Notes: a model not told the origin generated them from the sequence alone. A stretch of 63,706 nucleotides of DNA, filler included, from Choristocarpus tenellus KU-1152 (GCA_964200185.2; 9 parts of 9 records of this genome joined end to end with filler, not necessarily neighbours in it); one strand, 5' to 3'. Shown: positions 26,100 through 39,457, counted from the first letter of the whole stretch. Program-made: numbers and translations.

Positions 26100-27287
26100 T
26101 AGCGAACTTGCTCTTCATGCTTTGCCATAGTTGTCTCTCTTCGACGCCCAACTGATCCATGAAACCTACGTCTGAATGAATCTTCCCAAGGAGATATTTG
26201 TGTACAACGACTATCTCAAGCTGTGCGGTACGGCGGACGCATATAATAGTAATGGGCGAAGGAACAGAGCAACAAGGTACGCGTTACAAGACATTACACC
26301 TATATTGTAATCTATGGTTGTTCGTAGTTTGTCTTACTGGCACTCTGTGCGATAGAGAACAGTATAAATTACATCGTATCTTTGGGGAAGTACATACAAG
26401 ATGTAAGAAATAAGTGGAAGAAATTCAATTGTATTTTGGGGACATGTCTTAACGTTTAAAGTAGTAGTAGCAACAGTTTTTGTGACCTGTTTTTCCTTGA
26501 CACTGTCGCAAATTTCAGAGGCCACAATAATACTCGAGTATAATACTCTTAAGTAGTGATTCGGACCATTGCACTGTTGAGGAGTTAATTGATATGGGTG
26601 GTTTTGGAAGATTCTGGTGTGATAGACAATGACGAAGGTAATGATGTGTTAGAGGTACACGTGGCCTTGGTAGTGCTGGACACGCGATAGTGGCCCATAA
26701 AAGGAAGCAGTCGAGGTGAGGAGCGGACCCTGAAGAGCCAGATTTGGAGGGAAATGTCATCAATACTGTGGGAAGAATGGTCACACATGCGAAGATTGTA
26801 GGGTAACACTGAGGGTGGTGCAAGAGGAGAAGGGCAAATATGACGAGATGGACAGTGGGATTGATAATGATAGACCAAAACCTTGAGGGTGTACTGACTG
26901 GAGTGCTTTCCCAAGTCCCTACAGTGGGAGAAGATAAGATAGACGCATGTTTCTGAAACGATCTAAAGAGAAAATGCGGAAATCATTCCCAACTCTCCCT
27001 GTGGCGGGAAGATGAAGATATATGTGTGGTATTGGAATGGATAAGTAGAAATGCAAAGATCTTTCCCAACTCCCTGCGGTGAGAAGATACAAGAAAGATG
27101 TATGGTTCGGGAATGGCCAAAAGGGGGAAACGCAAGAATTGAGATGGCTTATTGTCGGGGTTGGCAAAAGATTGGGTAGCATCAGTTCAACAATGTGGGA
27201 TGTGTGCAAGATAGGACAATAATGAGGTGTACCTTATTTTGTGTATGAGAGATTATGGCATTTTGATTTGAGTCCATGTGATGTAAC
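26100..27287 (+). mobile_element. Ty1/copia remnant: gag fragment plus start of an LTR related to 62108-62408
   Basis: CCHC knuckle QYCGKNGHTCEDCR at ~26761; from 27203 TGTGCAAG...TGAGGTGTACCTTATTTTGT...TTGAGTCCATGTGATGTAAC matches the LTR family; gag and LTR need not be from one element. Confidence 0.6.
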
Positions 27288-27445
27288 GGTTCAAAGTATC
27301 TGGGGGGGGGGATGGCGGGTGTCCATTTAGGGTCATTTTTTTTCATGTCGCGATTTTTGGGTGATTTGGTTGGATACGTCGGATGGATAATGTATATGCA
27401 CTTTCCTTATTTTGGTCCAAATGGACACCCTGGTGTAGACCCCCC
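27288..27445. mobile_element. MITE family B inserted in LTR, truncated by gap
   Basis: GGTTCAAAGTATCTGGGGG... interrupts the LTR sequence. Confidence 0.85.
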
Positions 27446-27700
27446 NNNNNNNNNNNNNNNNNNNNNNNNNNNNNNNNNNNNNNNNNNNNTTAATTAATTA
27501 ANNNNNNNNNNNNNNNNNNNNNNNNNNNNNNNNNNNNNNNNNNNNCTCTTCGCCACCCTTGCCTGAGTGAACCACGCCGCCACAGAATCAAACGATTCAC
27601 ACTTGGACTAGTTACTATACATATACATCGTCGCGGTCATTCTGAAAACATCCTTTGATGTTTTTTAGCAATACAATAATCTGTCATATTCGATAAAAAC

Positions 27701-27765
27701 TATTATATTATTATGCCCTCTGACATTTTGCAGATGTGTCAGGGGAAAACCAATGAAAACTATAT
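27701..27765 (-). mobile_element. Short CRE-like LINE 3' tail
   Basis: (TTA)n-TGCCCTCTGACATTTTGCAGATGTGTCAGGGG, the reverse complement of the LINE 3' end. Confidence 0.75.
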
Positions 27766-28023
27766 ACATATGTGTATATAAAATGTCCTCAACATACACA
27801 TGTCAGGACAAGCCTAAAGTGTCTATATTCAAAAGGCCCCCAGAAAACTGAACCCGATAAATTGCGGTAAAAGGCATCGTTGTTTGGCACCTAGGCAAGG
27901 TCGTGGTTGACGAATCGCTGTCATTCAAGAGTTAGAATATCTAAAAATTGTACATCTCCACACATCAGAGGCAGCAAGCTAATCGTGATGTAGGCAGGGT
28001 TGTTTTTTTAGGATCCCGACCAA

Positions 28024-28228
28024 GAACAGTCGATTTCAAAAATTGAGAATGGAGCTTTTCATTGAGGATGGGCTTGACCCAAAATTGACTGGGATAAAGT
28101 GTCGATATATATTTTTTTGTTTGTCATAAAAAAACAAAACATATCGACTCTTTATCCCAGTCAAATTTGGGTCAAGCCCATCATCCTCAATGAAAAGCTC
28201 CATCCTCAATTTTTGAAATCGACTGTTC
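28024..28228. mobile_element. Foldback MITE family C (~205-bp near-perfect hairpin)
   Basis: GAACAGTCGATTTCAAAAATTGAG...CTCAATTTTTGAAATCGACTGTTC with ~85-bp arms; second copy at 1-138. Confidence 0.85.
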
Positions 28229-30068
28229 AAGGGCAAACAGATGCCATTTTGTACAATTGCTGAAAGAGTTCCTTTTTTGTGGTGTCATCATATGTGTTGA
28301 AAGAAAGGCGAAATATCAATTTTGAGTACATTATTGTACACATGAAACAGTTGAAGTCGAGTGTATTGTACAAAGTCAAGAAAGATGACTGGAGTGCAAA
28401 AGGGTCCTAACCTGCCTACCTCTCGATTGATTTGGTTCTCCTCTCTTCACGAAGAGAAATATCGGGGAAAATATTATTCTGATCTGTGGAGGATGCGAGC
28501 AAGATGATTGAAATCTATGCATTTCTTTCTGATACCTACTCATCGGTAAAATACAGAACGTGTAACAGTAGAGCACTAGATACTTGTAGACACTCGAACT
28601 TTATTCTAATAATGTATGCTGAGCCCTGCATACACTTCCATATATATGTATGTATACCCCTCCTTCCATTTCAGTATACTTTTCTACATTCCAAGCAGAC
28701 ACCCTGTCAGAAATTCTGTGGTATGTAAGCCTGACTAAAGAACGTGAGTCATACGCCTAGATATTCAATATTCGTTTTTTCGTAGCGACGAATTAATTCA
28801 CACAACAGAGAAAAATAAAACCATGGTGCTTCGGTCAGACAAACCAGACTTACGAGAAGAGCCTTGCACATAGGAATACACCAGAACGTTTCTTGGTGAC
28901 ATCCCTCTTTTTTTACCTCCTGCAATTCCCCTGGCTTATACACAAACACATTTAACGCGAAACCGACAACACAGAAAGAGCAAGCATACTGTAGACAATG
29001 CTGGTATAGACCATGACAAGATATCTATAACCTTGTTGAATTCAGTTGACACCTCGACAAATAGAACGGTTTTCTGTTCCCCCCATTACACCACCGTCCT
29101 CCAATTAACTATCAATAATACATCTTATACCTGTGAGACAATCAGTTTGGGGATCGTTGCCTGAATCATAGGCCCTTGAGGCGTCCTTGTGGCTCAATGG
29201 TTTAGTCGGCTGAGATCTGTATGATAGAGCAGGTTCGAGCACCTTCTACACCAGAGTTCCTTCCACCAAAATCTGCTTTTGAAGATGCTATTCCATGTGG
29301 CAAGCACACGGGATTGTACACCTGCACTATACTACTGTCTTTGTTCTACCACCAAAAGGCCAAACTAAGATCAAAATAAGTGCTTCACGACAGGTCCACC
29401 AAAAGATTGAAGGGAAGGTATGGAGAGACAAGAGGTGGGTGTGTTGAACCCAACCCACTAGAAGCAATGCAGGAACCGAGCCAGTACAATTAGTCGCAGT
29501 ACAATAGTTTATGAGGAGCTAAATTTAGACACAGTGGAGTGTGGAGTGTATCTGAGCAGTGGAGGTGGTCATCACTCGAGATTACTGTGCGACAAATAAA
29601 TACATAAACGAATTATCATTGAGAAATATTTCAAACCCGAGGAACACAAACAATAACAATCGAAGTTCTCAAAACAACAACAGTAGATGGAGAATATTAT
29701 CGAGTAGAATTGTACAAGCATGTCACAATACCTATTGTACAATGTATCACACCTCACATTCACAATCGGTCCGCCAAAATCTCAACTTGTTACCACATTG
29801 TTCTGAAAGACGCCTCAATAATGAAGACACATGGAAAGTGACATTTGGTTCTTAGGTTAACCCTCCCCCACTCACATACAAATTACACTTTAAAGTATTT
29901 AACACAGCATACTGCTGCAAGCACGTTTTGGTCTACATTAATTCAAAGCACGATTTTCAGCGATCATGCACAGGATCTATAGTAAATGTTTTTGCAACAT
30001 AAAATATTACTAATAATACCACAAACAACACATAATGCACGACTCATGGTGTGTAGAACATCGGTCAA

Positions 30069-30244
30069 GGGTCAAAGTATCTGGGGGGGGGGGGTTCTAC
30101 ACCAGGGCCTCCATTCGGGCCCTGACCAGGTGAAGTGCACTTACATTATGCATCCGACGCATGCAACCAAATCACCCCAAAATCGCGACATGAAAAAAGG
30201 GCCCTGACTGGACAGCCGCCAACCCCCCACAGATACTTTGAGTC
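30069..30244. mobile_element. MITE family B (Sola2-like)
   Basis: GGGTCAAAGTATCT...AGATACTTTGAGTC; perfect TCAA TSD. Confidence 0.92.
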
Positions 30245-30994
30245 TCAACCCACCCACTTCCAAACCATGAACACAGGATATACCAAGCCGAGGCGATTTC
30301 GATGAACAAATAGGTGAAGCATCATCAGCCGTGAGCACAGATTGTAGGGACTGACAGCAACATTTCTATCAAACAACAAATCATGCAAATGGCAGGTGGC
30401 GTGTAGTTTAATCATCCCTGCATATAATTACAATCACAAAAGATACTAAGGTGAGCGAACCCCTTATGAATTCCAAACAGATTAATTCCCACAAACAAAT
30501 AGGCACAGGTTGGAGGTAGTTAATTAACTAATGCACACGGCAAATGTCCCCCCCTCATAAACATGCTGGTTACCGAGGTTGTCGGGCAAAATGCAGTTTT
30601 CAACTGATGCATCATCAGCAGTGCTGCATAGGTTGCAGGGGTAAAGAGAAGCAGTTGCCACCAACAATCAATGCACATGGCTGGTGGTGTGTGGGTCAAC
30701 CCTCTCAATACAAATATAATCTCACCCACACGTTGCTAGTTGCTGAGGCAACTGTGTTGTATATGATGCACAGTATGATGACAGACTTTACAAAATTGAT
30801 ACAGCTACTTTAGTATTTTCCACAAAAAGTTAGAAATCCACAAGGCTACTGGCATGAGGTCGCCCCNNNNNNNNNNNNNNNNNNNNNNNNNNNNNNNNNN
30901 NNNNNNNNNNTTAATTAATTAANNNNNNNNNNNNNNNNNNNNNNNNNNNNNNNNNNNNNNNNNNNNGACTGGCCGGGGTTGGTGGGGTAAGTAG

Positions 30995-31161
30995 TCGGGG
31001 GGGGGGGGGGGTATACGCCAGGGTGTTCATTTGGGTCCTAACGAAGAAAAGTGACCTTATATTATCCATTTGATGCATGCAACCAAATCACCCAAGAATT
31101 GCGATATGAAAAATGGGCCCCAAACGGACCGCCGCCCCCCCACTCCCAGATACTTTGAACT
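30995..31161. mobile_element. MITE family B, left end decayed
   Basis: Internal sequence matches 30069-30244; ends CCCAGATACTTTGAACT. Confidence 0.8.
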
Positions 31162-31248
31162 TAATTATCCCTGTTCTCGTTCGAAGTGATGTTTCAATTT
31201 GCAACCGATTTCCGGCACAACAAATCTCTATCCTCTCCCTTTGGACAG

Positions 31249-31452
31249 GCAGTTGCCGACTGGTGTGATCACAACAGTATTCGGATATGCATGGTCAGCA
31301 ACTTTAGCGGGGAAGGGTTATCCGCACTTCTGCGGAATGTGGTATCAGGGTGTTTTGACAATGAACCACCCCAAGGCCCTTCACCCATGTCCATTGCTGA
31401 GCATGGAAATGGGGTGCAAGAAGAAGCTCACACCACTAGTGTGGAAAAATAG
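31249..31452 (+). CDS. Terminal exon, possibly a small-GTPase-like C-terminus
   Basis: ttggacag|AVADWCDHNSIRICMVSNFSGEGLSALLRNVVSG...EK*; resembles the G5 region and last helix of Rab-like proteins. Confidence 0.4.
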   Translation, partial: AVADWCDHNSIRICMVSNFSGEGLSALLRNVVSGCFDNEPPQGPSPMSIAEHGNGVQEEAHTTSVEK

Positions 31453-31475
31453 GCAAGGATCCCCATGAGAGTATC

Positions 31476-32050
31476 TCACTCCAATGTGGGCTTCAATGAT
31501 ACATTTCGCCTTGAAACCTTCTGGTCAATATGGAATCGCTCTGAATACTTGGCTAGGGCTGGTACCTGTCCCCTAACCCAACAATGGAAAGGGATATATT
31601 TGAGGAAATAGGTACGGAAGATCTCTTTTGGTAATGTGAGCTCAGCATGGTCTGTTTCACAACGGAAAACTTGTGCTGTTCTCTTTACAACCTAATTTCA
31701 CGGACTATGTGCATAAGCAAACACAAGTATGCGTGTTTTCATTTTGTTTCTCGTGATGCTTGTATCTTGGAACTCACTCATATTCCTGAGGACATGGTGC
31801 TTGTCGCTTGGAATATTGGGGATTGTCTTCTCGTTGCAACAACAGTCAACCAAGACCTTCACGCACCTTGTTTGAAAGGTGGCAATCAGGTTTTCGTATT
31901 GTTTGATGTCCTCAACCAATAAAAAATACCCTGTTTTTTACGTTTTTGGCTAAGTCACAGGTACAGGTAAAGCTGTGGCCGGGTCTGACTTATTCTCATG
32001 CTGCAGGTACCTGGCTTCAGGTACAGCCGTGCAATGATGATAGGCGTCTG
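31476..32050 (-). CDS. 3' exons of an unknown gene (weak RGS-like pattern); further probable exons upstream toward ~35 kb
   Basis: Four phase-consistent exons give TPIIIARLYLKPG|YFLLVEDIKQYENLIATFQTS|DKHHVLRNMN|HAELTLPKEIFRTYFLKYIPF...PTLE*. Confidence 0.5.
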
Positions 32051-35000
32051 ACAGACCCTAGCTTACTGTATGATTCCATTCTTTTACAGTTTTTCCAATT
32101 CCATGAACGCTGTGGTATCACTGCCACAAAAGTACAAACTTACTGAATGTAAGACAAAAAATAAATTGGCAGGCAATCTTCTAACTCACTGGGACATTTT
32201 ACTTTTGAAGTGGTACTATTGATAAAGCGACAAAAGACCCTCACACTATTTCTGGTGGTGTCGTAGTTGTATACCTGGTATTTCTTAGGGGGTACCAGAT
32301 CATATGTTGAAGGTGAGATCTTTGATTGGGGTTGCTGGTTGTAGGTTGTAGGTTGCAGGTTGCAGACAACGATGCAGATCTAACTTCGACTTTTGGTCTC
32401 AGGTAGAGGAGGACCCATACATGTACCGTATATCTAATAGAGGTGTGGAATGAAGCTAATACAGCAATCCATATATTGCTAGACAGAAGCTATGGGGGTA
32501 TTGAATATGGCTGAAGAAATAAATTGGATTTATGTTAATAGTGTAAGAATTCAATACTCGAAGAATGGTAAACAGGACAACTTTAAGCAATCAAGGGTGG
32601 ACCGAAGAACACGCATGCATACGGACAGAACGAGCAGGGCGCCTGTAGTTCAGAAGAGATCTGGCACAATGAGCTACACTAGTCTGCTCAAACAGGGGCA
32701 AGCCTCAGACGTCGAGGACGAAAAAATCACCATTAAAAAATATATATTCTGAGGTGCGAATATGTGAGGTAGATTTAAGCAACCCGTGAAAGGAAATGTG
32801 CTACAAAAGAAGTTATGTTTAAAGGTAAAGTTTTCTTCTCCTTTTTGGAGGGATTATGCAGTGGACTTCCCGCAGCTGCACATACCGACCTCAAAGGATC
32901 TTCCAGTTTTGTCAAGGCCTTATAGTGTCGAATTAGTACATAACTTCTACTGAGTAGTGTTAAGAGTGAGGGGTAAGGGAGGATAGAGGATATGATGGTA
33001 CCCTAAGGACTCAAGGTGACATATATTGATCATTCGTCGTGTGTACATATTACTCCTTTCAGCAAATCCACCTTCCCTCATACTCGTTGCTACCCTTGAA
33101 AGAGATAATCAACTGTGGTTATCCAAGTTAAACGTACACTACTGTTCCACTGGTGCAAACAGTCGCTCGTGAGAGATCTACCTTGCATAATATGTGGTCC
33201 GTTGATCCACCAGTCGCATGCTGTCCCAGAGCAGTCATCTCTATATTCACATTTCTGCTCGAGCGCGTTCCTGAACCTATATCTCACAACATCTTAATCC
33301 TCCCGTAGTAGGGAGTCATGAAAGCGATCCAGTCAGTATTTATCCCACAACTTTTGAATTGATCCGATAGTGGTATCTCCATACTTGACGATCCAAAAGA
33401 GCAAGGAGTATGCCACGACCTAAACCTACACCAGTAGCCCAGAAAAGGTTGGTGTGATGCGTAGACCCTGCAAACCTCGTCTTCCCCTATATCTCACAAC
33501 TTGTATTTCTGCTATCTACTAATACCCATCGATCACCGTCATACGCATCATTGTTCACCAATATTTTATTGGCTAGAGCTGGTGAGGCAGATTGATGTGT
33601 GATGATGTACGACGAGAGTGCACTTGAAGTAGAACAAGAAAATTACTTAGAGGATACTCTCGACAGAGCCCCCTCAGAGACTAGGAGGGTGTATGGAGGA
33701 GCACAGCAGAGAGGGAGTACCTTCGTGGTGTGATGGTGGTATATCTTTTACTCTGACAGGGGTCCTTTGTTGTGGAGGCAGTTGATGTTTAGCACTTGGT
33801 GCTATCAATAGTAGGGAATACCCCTCTAGAAAACTGCTTCTTCGAAGTTAATACTTAATACGAGGTTCAATCATTGTTATACTACGTAGTGCGTTTAAAG
33901 ATGACATGTTGTCCAAATGAACATCAAGCCCTCTTTCTGCACTACATATTATCTCTCCCAATTTATTTTCCGATAGCTTGCATAATGCACGAACAACTCC
34001 AAGCCTCCGATTTGCTGCCTTTTTTTATTCCCGTCCTCCTTCCCTTACTCATCACACTCTTCGTGCCAGTATCAAATTGTACATCCACACAAAAAGAGGA
34101 AATCCCGCAGGAACAAATAGCAAAACAAAGGAACGGCACATAACCACGCTCAGACAGGGAGACCAAAAGTGAACGAGGGAAACACTGAGTTAAATCTTGC
34201 TAACTTTGTGTGCCACACAAGTGTGCAAGCACCTCCCTAGCGTTCGACAGCTCATGTACCACAAGACAGTCAAAGACACTTTGTAACACTTAACTCCCCA
34301 ACTACAGATATAATGAACTCGATGGTCTGACAGTTAGAGGCAAAATATAAAAATCCTCACAGACAGGTACAGCACGGATCAGGATGGATGTCCATGATCT
34401 CAGCTGGCTCTGACTTGCAACAGTGCAAATAGGGAAACTAACCCCCCCTCTTGGTTGTGTCATTTCTATTTTGGTGTGTAATGGACGTTGAGATGATACA
34501 AGTCCGGGTATCTAACGGGGGGAAGATTATATTGGTCTCATTTCAACTTGCCTGGTGTGTCATGTCCATGCCTGACATGCAATCGGTGTAGGTGATTGTT
34601 TCTGGGTATCAGAAAGCGTAGCATGTTCTTTCCAAGGCATATACACCATGTAAACTGAAGAGAATGTGAGGGAACGATAGCGACACCTTGGAAAAAAACC
34701 CTAACCACCTCACTTCTAGCGACAGTGCTACACTCTCTATACAATATGTTATTTGTAGTATACTTGCCGTTGTTGTTGGGGTTACCGGTAATTAATCGTA
34801 TCCTCGGGACATTCCGATATATATAACTTGTAGTGGATACAATCAGAAGACCAGCTCCGAACCGCTCAACTGCTTCGAGCTCCTACTTTGGGTATTGTGG
34901 CAAACGTTGCCGTTGCAATCACCTGTCAAGTACTTCGGACTACCTTTTAACTCTGGTGCAGTATATGCGGCCATTCAACTTGCAAAATGGTAGAGTTGTC

Positions 35001-35258
35001 AGCAATTTTTGTTTATATTAGTGGTACCTATAGCTTCGCCCTCTGTGGCTTTTCTACTCGTTTTCACTGTGTAGCCCCAACAGATATACAATATATATAT
35101 ATCGAATGAAAGGGTATGACAAGAGCTTTTGATGGTTTGTATCCACGAATGAAGAGGCTTCGGGGAACGGGAGCTATGTCCCGATGAAATAATGGAAAAA
35201 AACGCGGGAGAATATCTCCGACGCAATTTTGAAGGTTGTGACTTCAAAACGGGTTACA

Positions 35259-35592
35259 ATGAAGTGGCTGGCTGAACTCCTTGTAGAAAACTGGTCCGGG
35301 TTAGGTCGCTGCCCAAGCTCGGTCGGTGGGAGTGTACCGGAAAAAAAAGCAGACAAAACTCCCAAGATTTCTGGACATTATTTTATCGGGACATTTTTTT
35401 AACGCCTTTGGCAGACTTTCTGTGAGCACGCACATACGTGACTTACACAGCAACATAGACCATGAAAGTGAGACAAGGAGAGCCGCCGAGGCCACTCAGC
35501 CCCCTGGATCTAACCTCGGCACCTTCCCTGTCGAGAGACAACGGAAAAGCAAGTATCGTGTGACACTCAGTGCGATGTTAGGTGACGAGAAA
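35259..35592 (+). CDS. First two exons (35259-35299, 35415-35592) of an unknown gene
   Basis: MKWLAELLVENWSG|LSVSTHIRDLHS...MLGDEK|gtgcga; phases match; CpG-rich upstream region. Confidence 0.55.
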
Positions 35593-36188
35593 GTGCGAGT
35601 AGTGTGGCGCAGCAGCATAATCAAATCGCTAAATGGATCACGGGGTCGCGACGCTGACACGGAGAGAAGATGCGTTGAAAGCATTGCCACACAAAAGTGG
35701 TTGGATCTTCAACCGATGTGAAGCACTGCTCTGCAGTCTCTGCGGCCTCGGGAAAGCAGGAATAGAGCGGCGAGTCCATCACAAGGTCGTACAGTGACCA
35801 AGTCTGTGGGGAAGTCTGGTCACGGTGGGTGAAGGGAGAACCTGGGTGGCCGCCCGAAGGGAAGATTGAGGAAGAGAGCAGTGCGACTGCGTGTCATTGC
35901 GCTCAGGAAACGCCAAAGTCAAACCCAGGTGTAGTATATCTTAGTAGTCGACTGTTGAAGCAGGCCCTGGCTGTTTGGAACCTATGCAAGCCGGAGTGGC
36001 TGAAGGAAACAAGAAATAAGGTGTTATGTTAAAGTATCCCCAAAATCATCAACGAGGATAAAGATGATAAACCCGGCGAGATTGCTTGNNNNNNNNNNNN
36101 NNNNNNNNNNNNNNNNNNNNNNNNNNNNNNNNTTAATTAATTAANNNNNNNNNNNNNNNNNNNNNNNNNNNNNNNNNNNNNNNNNNNN

Positions 36189-36660
36189 GGATCTGGCTGT
36201 TGACCCTTCCCCTGGTGATGGGGAGGGAGGTCAGGTTGACATGAGTCTGTCCAGAGACACTACCCGAGATGGTGAAGGGAGTGTAGGTCATGTCTCATCC
36301 TCGAGTCCACAGCACTTGCCTCTGGCAGTTACTGACTCAACAGCTGTCCGAACTGCAGCTCGCCAGCTGGAAGACTTTCTTCCTAATCCAGACCGTGAAC
36401 CTTGCATCGAGTTAGGTAGGACTAGACAGGAAACTCGTGCCAGAGCTGAGGGTAGTGCAGGTGTTGTTAATGTTATGTTCCTTATTGCTAATGTAGAGAG
36501 GCAACATGTTGCTTATGCCTTGGCTGTACAGCCCAGCCCTGAGTCAGTGTTGAGGAGTACCCCCTTGCATGGTCGTCTTGTTTTTGAGTTGGAACCAGCC
36601 CCTCAATCTTATGCTGAGGCCCAAAAGTCTGAATACTGGCCGATATGGGAAGAGGCTATG
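36189..36660 (+). mobile_element. Ty1/copia pol fragment (integrase-RT linker and RT start)
   Basis: LEPAPQSYAEAQKSEYWPIWEEAM matches the copia P.SY.EA...W..AM motif; truncated immediately after. Confidence 0.75.
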
Positions 36661-37051
36661 TAGAGACAAGAAGAAGGATACTACCGAAATATATATCCTC
36701 CTAGAACCGTCACTGAAGGTTGTGCCGGATTTGGACGAGGGAGGAACACTTTATGCGAGAGCCAAGGTCAGGGAACTGTACTTTCAATGGGACGATCAGT
36801 GGATGCGAGGGACAGTGACCATATACCAGCCCTGCCACACAGTGAGAGTGGGAGATGAGTGAGTCAGCTACCCCTATGAGGTGAAATGGGAGAATGATGA
36901 GGTGCGAAATATCCAGCTTGTTGTAGAACAACACAGTGCAGAACACGCTCCTACACGGGTCTGGTTCTGGACAAGTCCCACCTTGCCGTAATGCAGCAGA
37001 GAGACACGGCATCCGATGGGTTACAGTCTGTATTCGTACTCGTGTGCCACC
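36661..37051 (+). mobile_element. Repeat-borne Tudor/SH3-like coding module, copy 1
   Basis: VPDLDEGGTL...LYFQWDDQWMRGTVTIY...YPYEVKWENDEV...WFWTSPTLP; homologous to 54980-55310 on the minus strand. Confidence 0.6.
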
Positions 37052-37710
37052 TGTTAAAACATAGGTTACTCATTTGATTTGTTTTGATACGAGACAGTAT
37101 CATCAGTCCATTCTGGATGTTGATTTTTCCATTCCAATGGTTGCTATTTTCACTTACCTCACCACGTCCTCATCACAACATCATCAATCACCTTCAGAAC
37201 ACCACAGTACATAGGAAGCGTAAGAACAGTCGCTTCCCATCATACATACAGGCGTACTGTGCGTCACATCAGTTTCCTCAGATATTATTGGTTAAAGCTT
37301 GCCTTCTTGTTTCTTCTCTTTTCTTCCTTTCTTCATCTTCACACTGGAACTTGTCAGTTGCATATCATGTGCTTATTCTTTTTCTTGACTGGCATTGCCC
37401 CCTTATGATTCATCCTGCTTACTCTGCACTACGTATACCTGATACACACTGGGGTGCAATACAACCAGAGAGAAAGACATCCCTCAGAAACCCTTCGCAC
37501 CCAAGGTTACAAGTCTCTCCACAGAGCATGCATTTCTTCATTTGAGCGTCTCAATGAATACCCACACTTTCACATCAACCATCATGAGCAAAGCATGTCG
37601 TCAGATCTGCCGGAACAAACTTACTGGTGCTTTGGTTGCACTGTGACACCCTTCACCAAAGTTAGCCACAGCACAACCAAGCACGACACATACTAACCCA
37701 GGTTTGAACA
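37052..37710. mobile_element. Solo-LTR-like repeat
   Basis: TGTTAAAAC...GTTTGAACA termini; diverged second copy at 38731. Confidence 0.6.
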
Positions 37711-38629
37711 TGACCCTTCCCATTCATTAATCTGGTGCATGCTTTCATGGAGATCTTGTGCTAGAGAGTTCAGATTTTGTTGATGTGGGAGTGTTCCTTT
37801 TCATTTCTTATATTCTGTTACAAAAATATATTTATCCTATCGTTCACGTACACGTGTGGTACTACTACACCTTCGTCTATTAGGCTGATTATTATCGATG
37901 TTAATTGATGTATTTTGCGATTATTTTTCTTATGATTACTGGTATCCGTGTTGGTATGCTTAGAGATGATAGATCTTCGACATCGGATTTATGTTTTGCG
38001 TGTGTGTGGATGTTTGAGGAGTAGTTGTTCTTTAATAATCAATGAACAATATCACAAATGCAATGGTTTATCGTGCCCTGTTGTTCTTGTTTGGTGTATT
38101 GTATGCAGCATCCCTTCAATGCTATACGGTCACACTAGACAACCGATCGCACACGCATCTTTCCCAGATAACGTACTCAAAGATGTGATATGACATAGCG
38201 TACTTCATCAGCTACAAAAAACTATTCTTAAGTAACTACAGCAATCTAACGTCAAACAATTAATCCACGCTCATCATGTCCCAGTGGATACAACGCATAA
38301 GTCTTCTCCTTCATGCCGAAGGATTACTGAGGCAACAAGCTCATTGACAGACAGATAACCAAACTGACAGTGATGGCATACTCTCCCGTACTTATTACCA
38401 CGGTTTAAACCTTTGGGCGAAAAATCTACAGGACATAACCCCTACTCCACACCTCATCAGAACAACACCAACCCTCAACTCAAAGATTATATGTTTTGCG
38501 ACATCATATCACAGTTCACACAAATCCAAGCGCTAAGGACATATCCGATGCGCAAGATATTCCGCACTTCATGAAAGCAGGACCAACCCTCCACGACTGA
38601 AGAAACTCAAATATACCTTTTTTCCAACA

Positions 38630-38683
38630 CCTGCCAAATGGACACACTGGTGTAGACCCCCCCCTCCCCAGATACTTTGACCT
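38630..38683. mobile_element. MITE family B terminal fragment
   Basis: CAAATGGACAC..GGTGTAGACCCCCC...CAGATACTTTGACCT. Confidence 0.75.
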
Positions 38684-38730
38684 AGTACATTGTCCACAAC
38701 TGAACAAAACATATCCCCCCAAATAAGGTC

Positions 38731-39457
38731 TGTTAAAACATAGGCTACTCATCTGTTTGTTCCTTGATACGATACAGTTCCACCAGTCAACACTGGCTGT
38801 TGATTGGTCTGTTATGCTCTGGATGTTACTGTCACAAGTTCATCGTCACCACATCAATTGCCATTAGAACACCGTAGTACAGAACAGTCACTCTGCGTTT
38901 CACACGCAAGAATAGTATACGTCACTTGAGTTGCATCACATATTGGTTCAAGTTTGTTCTCTTGTTTTCTTTTTTGTTTTTCTTCACTCTCTTTCTTCTT
39001 CTTATCAGCAGAAGATGACAAGTGTAATTTGATTGTTGATTATTATTTCTTTCGTGACTGCCTTTGATGATCCCACAATGCACCAAGCTCAGTCTGCAAT
39101 AAGTGTACCAGCTGCACACCTGGATGTAATATAATCAAAGTTAGAACCATCCATGGAAACCCTTGTCAGCCAAGGTAACAAGCCTCTCCACAGAGCATGG
39201 ACTTCTTTCGTTGAGAATCTCATGAAATAACACTGAATTCACATCGCATCATTCTGGACTGAGCAACCAAGAATACTGAATTCACATCACATCATTCTGG
39301 ACTGAGCAACCAAGAATACTGAATCCGCATCATATCATTCTCGACTGAGATATCAATGACCTCAGTTACAACAGAATAAATACATCGGTGCTTTGTAGCA
39401 CAATCACACCTATCCACAACACAGACCACACATTTTACTCATCGGTGCTTTTCAACA
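38731..39457. mobile_element. Solo-LTR-like repeat, second copy
   Basis: Starts TGTTAAAACATAGG and is colinear with 37052-37710 (shared TCTCCACAGAGCATG etc.); right end tentative. Confidence 0.55.
39232..39349. repeat. 43-bp tandem repeat (~2.7 copies)
   Basis: ACTGAATTCACATCRCATCATTCTGGACTGAGCAACCAAGAAT repeated. Confidence 0.85.
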
